Assembly: GCA_964016885.1 (NCBI GenBank)
Contig: OZ024741.1
Coordinates: 210,490,001 to 210,554,000 of the forward strand
Reading direction: 5' to 3'
Length of the DNA stretch: 64,000 nucleotides
Source: Eledone cirrhosa
Lineage: Eukaryota
The position numbers and the translations under genes were made by a program. The notes under the pieces are model-generated. The model ran no database searches. It was not told where the DNA came from and saw only the letters and a list, made by a program, of their open reading frames with translations. Shown piece after piece: positions 1-16,559 of the stretch (position 1 is the stretch's first letter; each line of letters begins with the position of its first letter).

Positions 1-3000
1 CACACACAGCCACAGAGCCACACACGGCCACACAGCCATACACAGCCACACACAGCCACACACAGCCACACACAGCCACACAGCCACACAGCCACACAGC
101 CACACACAGCCACAGAGCCACACACAGCCACACAGCCACACACAGCCACACAACCACGCAGCCAAACACAGCCACATAGCCATATACATCCACACAACCA
201 CACAGCCACACACAGCCACAGAACCACACACGGCCACACAGCCATACACAGCCACACAACCACGCAGCCACACACAGCCACAGATCCACACACAGCCACA
301 CACAGCCATAAAGCCACACACAGCCACACACAGCCACACAACCACACACAGCCACAGAGCCACACAGCCACACACAGCAACACACAGCCACACACAGCCA
401 CACAGCCACACACAGCCACACAGCCACACAGCCACACACAGCTACACACAGCCACACAGCCACATACAGCCACACACAGCCACACACAGCCACACAACCA
501 CACACAGCCACACAGCCACACACAGCCACACACAGCCACACACAGCCACACAGCCACACACCCACACACAGCCACACACCCACACACAGCCACACAACCA
601 CACAGTCACACACAGCAACACACAGCCACACACAGCCACACAGCCACACAGCCACACACAGCCACAGAGCCACACACAGCCACAGAGCCACACACAGCCA
701 CACAGCCACACACAGCCGCACAACCACACAGCCACACACAGTCACACACAGCCACACAGCCACACACCCACACACAGCCACACAGCTACACACAGCCACA
801 CAGCCACACACCCACACAGCCACACAGTCACACACAGCCACAGAGCCACACACAGCCACACAGCCATACACAGCCACACAACCACCAGCCACACACAGCC
901 ACATAGCCATATACATCCACACAGCCACACAGCCACACACAGCCACAGAGCCACACACGGCCACACAGCCATACACAGCCACACACAGCCACACACAGCC
1001 ACACACAGCCACACACAGCCACACACCCACACAGCCACACAGCCACACACAGCCACAGAGCCACACACAGCCACACAGCCACACACAGCCACACAACCAC
1101 ACAGCCACACACAGCCACATAGCCATATACATCCACACAGCCACACAGCCACACACAGCCACAGAGCCACACACAGCCACAAGCAGCCACACAGCCACAC
1201 AGCCACACAACCACACACAGCCACACACAGCCACACAGCCACACACAGCCACACAACCACACAGCCACACACAGCCACATAGCCATATACATCCACACAG
1301 CCACACAGCCACACACAGCCACACAGCCACACACAGCCACACACAGACACACAGCCACACAGCCACACACAGCCATATAGCCACACAGCCACACAGCCAC
1401 ACACAGCCACACAGCCACAGAGCCACACACACCCACACAGCCACACACAGCAACACACAGCCACGCACAGCCACACAACCACACACAGCCACACAGCCAC
1501 ACACAGCCACAGAGCCACACAGCCACACACAGTCACACACAACAAAACAGCCACACAGCCACACAGCCACACTCAGCCACAAAGCCACACAGCCACACAC
1601 AGCCACACACAGCCACACAGCCACACAGCCACACACAGCCACACACAGCCACACAGCCACACACAGCCACACACAGCCACACAGCCACACACAGCCACAG
1701 AGCCACACAGCCACACACAGCAACACACAACCACGCACAGCCACACAGCCACACAGCCACACAGCCACACACAGCCACAAAGCCACACAGCCACACACAG
1801 CAACACACAACCACGCACAGCCACACAGCCACACAGCCACACAGCCACACACAGTCACACATAGCCAAACAGCCACACAGCCACACACAGCCACACACAA
1901 CCACACAGCCACACACAGCCACGCAGCCACACACAGCCACACAGCCACACACAGCCACACAGCTACACACAGCCACACAGCCACACACAGCCACACACAG
2001 CCACACACAGCCACACAGCCACACACCCACACACAGCCACACACCCACACACAACCACACAACCACACAGTCACACACAGCCACACAGAGCCACACACAG
2101 CCACACAGCCACACAGCCACACACAGCCACAGAGCCACACACAGCCACACAGCCACACACACCCACACAGCCACACAGCCAAACACAGACACACAGCCAC
2201 ACACAGCCACACAGCCACACACAGCCACACAGCCACACACAGCCACACAGCCACACACAGCCACACACAGCCACACAGCCACACACAGCCACACAGACAC
2301 ACACAGACACACACAGCCACACACAGCCACACAGCCACACACAGCCACACAGCCACACACAGCCACACACAGCCACACGGCCACACACCCACACACAGCC
2401 ACACACCCACACAGCCACACACAGTCACACACAGCCACACAGCCACAGAGCCACACACAGCAACACACAACCACGCACAGCCACACAGCCACACAGCCAC
2501 ACAGCCACACACAGCCACACACAGCCACACAGCCACATACAGCCACACACAGCCACACACAGCCACACGACCACACACAGCCACACAGCCACACACATCC
2601 ACACACAGCCACACACAGCCACACAGCCACACACCCACACACAGCCACACACCCACACACAGCCACACAACCACACAGTCACACACAGCAACACAGCCAC
2701 ACACAGCCACACAGCCACACAGCCACACACAGCCACAGAGCCACACACAGACACAGAGCCACACACAGCCACACACCCACACACAGCCACACAGCTACAC
2801 ACAGCCACACAGCCACACACCCACACAGCCACACAGCCACACACAGCCACAGAGCCACACACAGCCACACAGCCACACACAGCCACACAACCACCAGCCA
2901 CACACAGCCACATAGCCATATACATCCACACAGCCACACACAGCCACAGAGCCACACACGGCCACACATCCATACACAGCCACACACAGCCACACACAGC

Positions 3001-4436
3001 CACACACAGCCACACACAGCCACACACCCACACAGCCACACAGCCACACACAGCCACAGAGCCACACACAGCCACACAGCCACACACAGCCACACAACCA
3101 CACAGCCACACACAGCCACATAGCCATATACATCCACACAGCCACACAGCCACACACAGCCACAGAGCCACACATGGCCACACAGCCATACACAGCAACA
3201 CACAGCCACACACAGCCACACACAGTCACACAGCCACACAGCCACACAACCACACACAGCCACACACAGCCACACAGCCACACACAGCCACACAACCACA
3301 CAGCCACACACAGCCACATAGCCATATACACCCACACAGCCACGCAGCCACACACAGCCACACAGCCACACACAGCCACACACAGCCACACACAGCCACA
3401 CACAGCCACACAGCAACACACAGCCACACACAGCCACATAGCCACACAGCCACACAGCCACACACAGCCACACAGCCACAGAGCCACACACACCCACACA
3501 GCCACACACAGCAACACACAGCCACGCACAGCCACACAGCCACACAGCCACACAGCCACACACAGCCACAGATCCACACAGCCACACACAGTCACACACA
3601 ACAAAACAGCCACACAGCCACACAGCCACACAGCCACACACAGCCACAAAGCCACACAGCCACACACAGCCACACACAGCCACACAGCCACACACAGCCA
3701 CACACAGCCAAACAGCCACACACAGCCACAGAGCCACACAGCCACACACAGTCACACACAGCCACACAGCCACACAGCCACACAGCCACACACAGTCACA
3801 CACAGCCACACAGCCACACAGCCACACAGCCACACACAGCCACACACAGCCACACAGCCACACACAGCCACACAGCCACACACAGCCACACACAGCCACA
3901 CACAGCCACACAACCACACACAGCCACACAGCCACACACAGCCACACACAGCCACACACAGCCACACAGCCACACACCCACACACAGCCACACACCCACA
4001 CACAGCCACTCAACCACACAGTCACACACAGCAACACACAGCCACACACAGCCACACAGCCACACAGCCACACACAGCCACAGAGCCACACACAGACACA
4101 GAGCCACACACAGCCACACAGCCACACACAGCCGCACAACCAGACAGCCAGACACAGTCACACACAGCCACACAGCCACATACCCACACACAGCCACACA
4201 GCCACACACAGCCACACAGCCACACAGCCACAGAGCCACACACAGCCACACACAGCCACACACAGCCACACAACCACACAGCCACACACAGCCACATAGC
4301 CATATACATCCACACAGCCACACAGCCACACACAGCCACAGAGCCACACACAGCCACACAGCCATACACAGCCACACACAGCCACACACAGCCACACACA
4401 GCCACACAGCCACACAGCCACACAGCCACACACAGC

Positions 4437-7400
4437 CACAGAGCCACACACAGCCACACAGCCACACACAGCCACACAACCACGCAGCCAAACACAGCCA
4501 CATAGCCATATACATCCACACAGCCACACAGCCACACACAGCCACACACAGCCACAGAACCACACACGGCCACACAGCCACACACAGCCACACACAGCCA
4601 CACACAGCCACACACAGCCACACAGCCACACAGCCACACAACCACACACAGCCACAGAGCCACACCGAGCCACACAGCCACACACAGCCACACAACCACA
4701 CAGCCACACACAGCCACATAGCCATATACATCCACACAGCCACACAGCCACACACAGCCACACAGCCACACACAGCCACACACAGCCACACACAGCCACA
4801 CACAGCCACACAGCCACATACAGCCACACACAGCCACCTAGCCACACAGCCACACAGCCACACACAGCCACACAGCCACAGAGCCACACACACCCACACA
4901 ACCACACACAGCCACACGCAGCGACACACCCACACACAGCCACACAACCACACAGTCACACACAGCCACACACAGCCACACACAGCCACACAGCCACACA
5001 TACACACACAGCCACAGAGCCACACACAGCCACACACAGCCACACACAGCCACACAACCACACACTGCCACACACAGCCACACAGCCACACACAGCCACA
5101 CAACCACACACAGCCACACACAGCCACACAGCCACACACACCCACACAGCCACACACAGCCACACAGCCACATACAGCCACACACAGCCACATAGCCACA
5201 CAGCCACACAGCCACACACAGCCACACAGCCACAGAGCCACACACACCCACACAGCCACACACAAACACACAGCCACACACAGTCACACAGCCACACACA
5301 GCCACACACAGCCACACACAGCCACACAGCCACACACAGCCACACAGCCACACACAGCCACACAGCCACACACAGCCACACACAGCCACACAGCCACACA
5401 CAGCCACACAGACACACACAGCCACACACAGCCACACACAGCCACACACAGCCACACAGCCACACTGCCACACACAGCCACACACAGCCACACACCCACA
5501 CACCCACACACAGCCACACACCCACGCACAGCCACACAACCACACACCCACACACAGCCACACAGCCACACACAGCCACACAACCACACAGCCACACACA
5601 GCCACACACAGCCACACAGCCACACAGCCACACACAGCCACAGAGCCGCACAGCAACACACAGCCACACACAGCCACACAGCCACACAGCCACACACAGC
5701 CACACACAGCCACACAGCCACACACAGCCACACAGCCACACACAGCCACACACAGCCACACAGCCACACACAGCCACACAGCCACGCACAGCCACACACA
5801 GCCACACACAGCCACACAGCCACACACCCACACACAGCCACACACCCACACACAGCCACACAACCACACAGTCAAACACAGCCACACACAGCCACACACA
5901 GCCACACAGCCACACACAGCCACAGAGCCACACACAGCCACACACAGCCACACACAGCCACACACAGCCACACACAGCCACACAGCCACACACAGCCACA
6001 CAACCATACACAGCCACACACAGCCACACAGCCACACACACCCACACAGCCACACAGCCACACACAGACACACAGCCACACACAGCCACACAGCCACACA
6101 CAGCCACACACAGCCTCACACAGCCACACAGCCACACAGCCACACACAGCCACACAGCCACACACACCCACACAGCCACACAGCCACACACAGACACACA
6201 GCCACACACAGCCACACAGCCACACACAGCCACACACAGCCACACACAGCCACACAGCCACACACACCCACACAGTCACACAGCCACACACAGACACACA
6301 GCCACACACAGCCACACAGCCACACACAGCCACACACAGCCACACACAGCCACACAGCCACACACAGCCACACACAGCCACACACAGCCACACAGCCACA
6401 CAGCCACACACAGCTACACAGCCACACACAGCCACACACAGCCACACAGCCACACACAGCCACACAGACACACACAGCCACACACAGCCACACACAGCCA
6501 CACAGCCACAGAGCCACACACAACCACACAGCCACACACAGCCACACACAGCCACACACAGCCACACAACCACACAGCCACACACAGCCACATAGCCATA
6601 TACATCCATACAGCCACACAGCCACACACAGCCACACACGGCCACACAGCCACACACAGCCAGAGAGCCGCACCGAGCCACACAGCCACACACAGCCACA
6701 CACAGTCACACAGCCACACACAGCCACACACAGCCACACAACCACACAGCCACACACAGCCACATAGCCATATACACCCACACAGCCACACGGCCACACA
6801 CAGTCACACAGCCACACACAGCCACACACAGCCACACACAGCCACACACAGCCACACAGCCACATACAGCCACACACAGCCACATAGCCACACAGCCACA
6901 CAGCCACACACAGCCACACAGCCACAGAGCCACACACAGCAACACACAGCCACGCACAGCCACACAGCCACACAGCCACACAGCCACACACAGCCACACA
7001 CAGCCACACAGCCACACACAGCCACACACAGCCACACAGCCACACACAGCCACAGAGCCACACAGCCACACACAGTCACACACAGCCACACAGCCACACA
7101 GCCACACACAGCAACACACAACCACGCACAGCCACACAGCCACACACAGCCACAAAGCCACACAGCCACACACAGTCTCACACAGCCAAACAGCCACACA
7201 GCCACACACAGCCACACACCCACACACAGCCACACAGACTCACACAGCCGCACACAGCCACACACAGCCACACAGCCACACACAGCCACACAGCCACACA
7301 CAGCCACACAGACTCACACAGCCGCACACAGCCACACACAGCCACACAGCCACACACAGCCACACAGGCACACACAGCCACACACAGCCACACACACAGC

Positions 7401-10400
7401 CACACACCCACACAGAGCCACACACCCACACACAACCACACAACCACACAGTCACACACAGCCACACACAGCCACACACAGCCACACAGCCACACAGCGA
7501 CACACCCACACACAGCCACACACAGCCACACACAGCCACACAGCCACACACAGCCACACACAGCCACACAGCCACACACAGCCACACAACCACACACAGC
7601 CACACACAGCCACACAGCCACACACACCCACACAGCCACACAGCCACACACAGACACACAGCCACACACAGCCACACAGCCACACACAGTCACACACAGC
7701 CACACACAGCCACACAGCCACACACAGCCACACATCCACACACAGCCACACACAGCCAGACAGCCACACACAGCCACACAGACACACACAGACACACACA
7801 GCCACACACAGCCACACAGCCACACACAGCCACACAGCCACACACCCACACACAGCCACACAACCACACAGTCACACACAGCCACACAGAGCCACACACA
7901 GCCACACAGCCACACAGCCACACAGAGCCACAGAGCCACACACAGCCACACAGCCACACACAGCCACACATCCACACAGCCACACACAGCCACACAGCCA
8001 CACACAGCCACAGATCCACACACGGCCACACAGCCATACACAGCCACACACAGCCACACACAGCCACACACAGCCACACAGCCACACAGCCACACAGCCA
8101 CACACAGCCACAGAGCCACACACAGCCACACAGCCACACACAGCCACACAACCACACAGCCACACACAGCCACATAGCCATATACATCCACACAGCCACA
8201 CAGCCACACACAGCCACAGAGCCACACATGGCCACACAGCCATACACAGCAACACACAGCCACACACAGCCACACACAGCCACACAGCCACACAGCCACA
8301 CAACCACACACAGCCACACACAGCCACACAGCCACACACAGCCACACAACCACACAGCCACACACAGCCACATAGCCATATACATCCACACAGCCACGCA
8401 GCCACACACAGCCACACAGCCACACACAGCCACACACAGCCACACACAGCCACACACAGCCACACAGCAACACACAGCCACACACAGCCACATAGCCACA
8501 CAGCCACACAGCCACACACAGCCACACAGCCACAGAGCCACACACACCCACACAGCCACACACAGCAACACACAGCCACGCACAGCCACACAGCCACACA
8601 GCCACACAGCCACACACAGCCACAGATCCACACAGCCACACACAGTCACACACAACAAAACAGCCACACAGCCACACAGCCACACAGCCACACACAGCCA
8701 CAAAGCCACACAGCCACACACAGCCACACACAGCCACACAGCCACACACAGCCACACACAGCCACACAGCCACACACAGCCACAGAGCCACACAGCCACA
8801 CACAGTCACACACAGCCACACAGCCACACAGCCACACAGCCACACACAGTCACACACAGCCACACAGCCACACAGCCACACAGCCACACACAGTCACACA
8901 CAGCCACACAGCCACACAGCCACACAGCCACACACAGCCACACACAGCCACACAGCCACACACAGCCACACAGCCACACACAGCCACACACAGCCACACA
9001 CAGCCACACAACCACACACAGCCACACAGCCACACACAGCCACACACAGCCACACACAGCCACACAGCCACACACCCACACACAGCCACACACCCACACA
9101 CAGCCACTCAACCACACAGTCACACACAGCAACACAGAGCCACACACAGCCACACAGCCACACACAGCCACACAACCACGCAGCCAAACACAGCCACATA
9201 GCCATATACATCCACACAGCCACACAGCCACACACAGCCACACACAGCCACAGAACCACACACGGCCACACAGCCACACACAGCCACACACAGCCACACA
9301 CAGCCACACACAGCCACACAGCCACACAGCCACACAACCACACACAGCCACAGAGCCACACCGAGCCACACAGCCACACACAGCCACACAACCACACAGC
9401 CACACACAGCCACATAGCCATATACATCCACACAGCCACACAGCCACACACAGCCACACAGCCACACACAGCCACACACAGCCACACACAGCCACACACA
9501 GCCACACAGCCACATACAGCCACACACAGCCACCTAGCCACACAGCCACACAGCCACACACAGCCACACAGCCACAGAGCCACACACACCCACACAACCA
9601 CACACAGCCACACGCAGCGACACACCCACACACAGCCACACAACCACACAGTCACACACAGCCACACACAGCCACACACAGCCACACAGCCACACATACA
9701 CACACAGCCACAGAGCCACACACAGCCACACACAGCCACACACAGCCACACAACCACACACTGCCACACACAGCCACACAGCCACACACAGCCACACAAC
9801 CACACACAGCCACACACAGCCACACAGCCACACACACCCACACAGCCACACACAGCCACACAGCCACATACAGCCACACACAGCCACATAGCCACACAGC
9901 CACACAGCCACACACAGCCACACAGCCACAGAGCCACACACACCCACACAGCCACACACAAACACACAGCCACACACAGTCACACAGCCACACACAGCCA
10001 CACACAGCCACACACAGCCACACAGCCACACACAGCCACACAGCCACACACAGCCACACAGCCACACACAGCCACACACAGCCACACAGCCACACACAGC
10101 CACACAGACACACACAGCCACACACAGCCACACACAGCCACACACAGCCACACAGCCACACTGCCACACACAGCCACACACAGCCACACACCCACACACC
10201 CACACACAGCCACACACCCACGCACAGCCACACAACCACACACCCACACACAGCCACACAGCCACACACAGCCACACAACCACACAGCCACACACAGCCA
10301 CACACAGCCACACAGCCACACAGCCACACACAGCCACAGAGCCGCACAGCAACACACAGCCACACACAGCCACACAGCCACACAGCCACACACAGCCACA

Positions 10401-13400
10401 CACAGCCACACAGCCACACACAGCCACACAGCCACACACAGCCACACACAGCCACACAGCCACACACAGCCACACAGCCACGCACAGCCACACACAGCCA
10501 CACACAGCCACACAGCCACACACCCACACACAGCCACACACCCACACACAGCCACACAACCACACAGTCAAACACAGCCACACACAGCCACACACAGCCA
10601 CACAGCCACACACAGCCACAGAGCCACACACAGCCACACACAGCCACACACAGCCACACACAGCCACACACAGCCACACAGCCACACACAGCCACACAAC
10701 CATACACAGCCACACACAGCCACACAGCCACACACACCCACACAGCCACACAGCCACACACAGACACACAGCCACACACAGCCACACAGCCACACACAGC
10801 CACACACAGCCTCACACAGCCACACAGCCACACAGCCACACACAGCCACACAGCCACACACACCCACACAGCCACACAGCCACACACAGACACACAGCCA
10901 CACACAGCCACACAGCCACACACAGCCACACACAGCCACACACAGCCACACAGCCACACACACCCACACAGTCACACAGCCACACACAGACACACAGCCA
11001 CACACAGCCACACAGCCACACACAGCCACACACAGCCACACACAGCCACACAGCCACACACAGCCACACACAGCCACACACAGCCACACAGCCACACAGC
11101 CACACACAGCTACACAGCCACACACAGCCACACACAGCCACACAGCCACACACAGCCACACAGACACACACAGCCACACACAGCCACACACAGCCACACA
11201 GCCACAGAGCCACACACAACCACACAGCCACACACAGCCACACACAGCCACACACAGCCACACAACCACACAGCCACACACAGCCACATAGCCATATACA
11301 TCCATACAGCCACACAGCCACACACAGCCACACACGGCCACACAGCCACACACAGCCAGAGAGCCGCACCGAGCCACACAGCCACACACAGCCACACACA
11401 GTCACACAGCCACACACAGCCACACACAGCCACACAACCACACAGCCACACACAGCCACATAGCCATATACACCCACACAGCCACACGGCCACACACAGT
11501 CACACAGCCACACACAGCCACACACAGCCACACACAGCCACACACAGCCACACAGCCACATACAGCCACACACAGCCACATAGCCACACAGCCACACAGC
11601 CACACACAGCCACACAGCCACAGAGCCACACACAGCAACACACAGCCACGCACAGCCACACAGCCACACAGCCACACAGCCACACACAGCCACACACAGC
11701 CACACAGCCACACACAGCCACACACAGCCACACAGCCACACACAGCCACAGAGCCACACAGCCACACACAGTCACACACAGCCACACAGCCACACAGCCA
11801 CACACAGCAACACACAACCACGCACAGCCACACAGCCACACACAGCCACAAAGCCACACAGCCACACACAGTCTCACACAGCCAAACAGCCACACAGCCA
11901 CACACAGCCACACACCCACACACAGCCACACAGACTCACACAGCCGCACACAGCCACACACAGCCACACAGCCACACACAGCCACACAGCCACACACAGC
12001 CACACAGACTCACACAGCCGCACACAGCCACACACAGCCACACAGCCACACACAGCCACACAGGCACACACAGCCACACACAGCCACACACACAGCCACA
12101 CACCCACACAGAGCCACACACCCACACACAACCACACAACCACACAGTCACACACAGCCACACACAGCCACACACAGCCACACAGCCACACAGCGACACA
12201 CCCACACACAGCCACACACAGCCACACACAGCCACACAGCCACACACAGCCACACACAGCCACACAGCCACACACAGCCACACAACCACACACAGCCACA
12301 CACAGCCACACAGCCACACACACCCACACAGCCACACAGCCACACACAGACACACAGCCACACACAGCCACACAGCCACACACAGTCACACACAGCCACA
12401 CACAGCCACACAGCCACACACAGCCACACATCCACACACAGCCACACACAGCCAGACAGCCACACACAGCCACACAGACACACACAGACACACACAGCCA
12501 CACACAGCCACACAGCCACACACAGCCACACAGCCACACACCCACACACAGCCACACAACCACACAGTCACACACAGCCACACAGAGCCACACACAGCCA
12601 CACAGCCACACAGCCACACAGAGCCACAGAGCCACACACAGCCACACAGCCACACACAGCCACACATCCACACAGCCACACACAGCCACACAGCCACACA
12701 CAGCCACAGATCCACACACGGCCACACAGCCATACACAGCCACACACAGCCACACACAGCCACACACAGCCACACAGCCACACAGCCACACAGCCACACA
12801 CAGCCACAGAGCCACACACAGCCACACAGCCACACACAGCCACACAACCACACAGCCACACACAGCCACATAGCCATATACATCCACACAGCCACACAGC
12901 CACACACAGCCACAGAGCCACACATGGCCACACAGCCATACACAGCAACACACAGCCACACACAGCCACACACAGCCACACAGCCACACAGCCACACAAC
13001 CACACACAGCCACACACAGCCACACAGCCACACACAGCCACACAACCACACAGCCACACACAGCCACATAGCCATATACATCCACACAGCCACGCAGCCA
13101 CACACAGCCACACAGCCACACACAGCCACACACAGCCACACACAGCCACACACAGCCACACAGCAACACACAGCCACACACAGCCACATAGCCACACAGC
13201 CACACAGCCACACACAGCCACACAGCCACAGAGCCACACACACCCACACAGCCACACACAGCAACACACAGCCACGCACAGCCACACAGCCACACAGCCA
13301 CACAGCCACACACAGCCACAGATCCACACAGCCACACACAGTCACACACAACAAAACAGCCACACAGCCACACAGCCACACAGCCACACACAGCCACAAA

Positions 13401-13832
13401 GCCACACAGCCACACACAGCCACACACAGCCACACAGCCACACACAGCCACACACAGCCACACAGCCACACACAGCCACAGAGCCACACAGCCACACACA
13501 GTCACACACAGCCACACAGCCACACAGCCACACAGCCACACACAGTCACACACAGCCACACAGCCACACAGCCACACAGCCACACACAGTCACACACAGC
13601 CACACAGCCACACAGCCACACAGCCACACACAGCCACACACAGCCACACAGCCACACACAGCCACACAGCCACACACAGCCACACACAGCCACACACAGC
13701 CACACAACCACACACAGCCACACAGCCACACACAGCCACACACAGCCACACACAGCCACACAGCCACACACCCACACACAGCCACACACCCACACACAGC
13801 CACTCAACCACACAGTCACACACAGCAACACA
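4437..13832. repeat. Apparently identical tandem duplication, 2 x 4,696 bp (~4,437-9,136 and ~9,133-13,832)
   Basis: Many ORF-track pairs have identical translation at offset 4,696 (4838/9534, 4956/9652, 7178/11874, 7690/12386). Marker ACTCAA is at 9,106 and 13,802, and GAGCC is at 4,441 and 9,137. Confidence 0.92.
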
Positions 13833-16559
13833 CAGCCACACACAGCCACACAGCCACACAGCCACACACAGCCACAGAGCCACACACAGACACAGAGCCA
13901 CACACAGCCACACAGCCACACACAGCCGCACAACCAGACAGCCAGACACAGTCACACACAGCCACACAGCCACATACCCACACACAGCCACACAGCCACA
14001 CACAGCCACACAGCCACACAGCCACAGAGCCACACACAGCCACACACAGCCAGACACAGCCACACAACCACACAGCCACACACAGCCACATAGCCATATA
14101 CATCCACACAGCCACACAGCCACACACAGCCACAGAGCCACACACAGCCACACAGCCATACACAGCCACACACAGCCACACACAGCCACACACAGCCACA
14201 CAGCCACACAGCCACACAGCCACACACAGCCACAGAGCCACACACAGCCACACAGCCACACACAGCCACACAACCACGCAGCCAAACACAGCCACATAGC
14301 CATATACATCCACACAACCACACAGCCACACACAGCCACAGAACCACACACGGCCATACAGCCATACACAGCCACACACAGCCACACACAGCCACACACA
14401 GCCACACAGCCACACAGCCACACAACCACACACAGCCACAGAGCCACACCGAGCCACACAGCCACACACAGCCACACAACCACACAGCCACACACAGCCA
14501 CATAGCCATATACATCCACACAGCCACACAGCCACACACAGCCACACAGCCACACACAGCCACACACAGCCACATAGCCACACACAGCCACACACAGCCA
14601 CACACAGCCACACAGCCACATACAGCCACACACAGCCACCTAGCCATACAGCCACACAGCCACACACAGCCACACAGCCACAGAGCCACACACACCCACA
14701 CAACCACACACAGCCACACACAGCCACACACAGCCACACAGCCACACACAGCCACACAGCCACACACAGCCACACACAGCCACACACAGCCACACAGCCA
14801 CACACCCACACGCAGCGACACACCCACACACAGCCACACAACCACACAGTCACACACAGCCACACACAGCCACACACAGCCACACAGCCACACATACACA
14901 CACAGCCACAGAGCCACACACAGCCACACACAGCCACACACAGCCACACAACCACACACTGCCACACACAGCCACACAGCCACACACAGCCACACAACCA
15001 CACACAGCCACACACAGCCACACAGCCACACACACCCACACAGCCACACACAGCCACACAGCCACATACAGCCACACACAGCCACATAGCCACACAGCCA
15101 CACAGCCACACACAGCCACACAGCCACAGAGCCACACACACCCACACAGCCACACACAAACACACAGCCACACACAGTCACACAGCCACACACAGCCACA
15201 CACAGCCACACACAGCCACACAGCCACACACAGCCACACAGCCACACACAGCCACACAGCCACACACAGCCACACACAGCCACACAGCCACACACAGCCA
15301 CACAGACACACACAGCCACACACAGCCACACACAGCCACACAGCCACACTGCCACACACAGCCACACACAGCCACACACCCACACACCCACACACAGCCA
15401 CACACCCACGCACAGCCACACAACCACACAGCCACACACAGCCACAGAGCCACACACAGCCACACAGCCACACACAGCCACACAACCACACAGCCACACA
15501 CAGCCACACACAGCCACACAGCCACACACAGCCACACACAGCCACACAGCCACACACAGCCACAGAGCCGCACAGCAACACACAGCCACACACAGCCACA
15601 AAGCCACACAGCCACACACAGTCACACACAGCCACACAGCCACACAGCCACACACAGCCACACACAGCCACACAGCCACACACAGCCACACAGCCACACA
15701 CAGCCACACACAGCCACACACAGCCACACAGCCACACACAGCCACACAGCCACGCACAGCCACACACAGCCACACACAGCCACACAGCCACACACAGCCA
15801 CAGAGCCACACACAGCCACACACAGCCACACACAGCCACACACAGCCACACACAGCCACACAGCCACACACAGCCACACAACCATACACAGCCACACACA
15901 GCCACACAGCCACACACACCCACACAGCCACACAGCCACACACAGACACACAGCCACACACAGCCACACAGCCACACACAGCCACACACAGCCTCACACA
16001 GCCACACAGCCACACAGCCACACACAGCCACACAGCCACACACACCCACACAGCCACACAGCCACACACAGACACACAGCCACACACAGCCACACAGCCA
16101 CACACAGCCACACACAGCCACACACAGCCACACAGCCACACAGCCACACACAGCCACACAGCCACACACAGCCACACACAGCCACACAGCCACACACAGC
16201 CACACAGACACACACAGCCACACACAGCCACACACAGCCACACAGCCACAGAGCCACACACAACCACACAGCCACACACAGCCACACACAGCCACACACA
16301 GCCACACAACCACACAGCCACACACAGCCACATAGCCATATACATCCATACAGCCACACAGCCACACACAGCCACACACGGCCACACAGCCACACACAGC
16401 CACACACAGCCACACACAGCCACACACAGTCACACAGCCACACACAGCCACACACAGCCACACACAGCCACACACAATCACACAGCCACACACAGCCACA
16501 CACAGCCACACACAGCCACACACAGTCACACAGCCACACACAGCCACACACAGCCACAC

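Noticed and set aside
8228-14299. 2,023-aa His/Thr/Gln-rich ORF, mucin- or histidine-rich-protein-like
   Set aside because: The + strand has very few T, so stops are rare by composition. The ATG is a sporadic repeat variant, and there is no signal peptide or non-repeat terminus.
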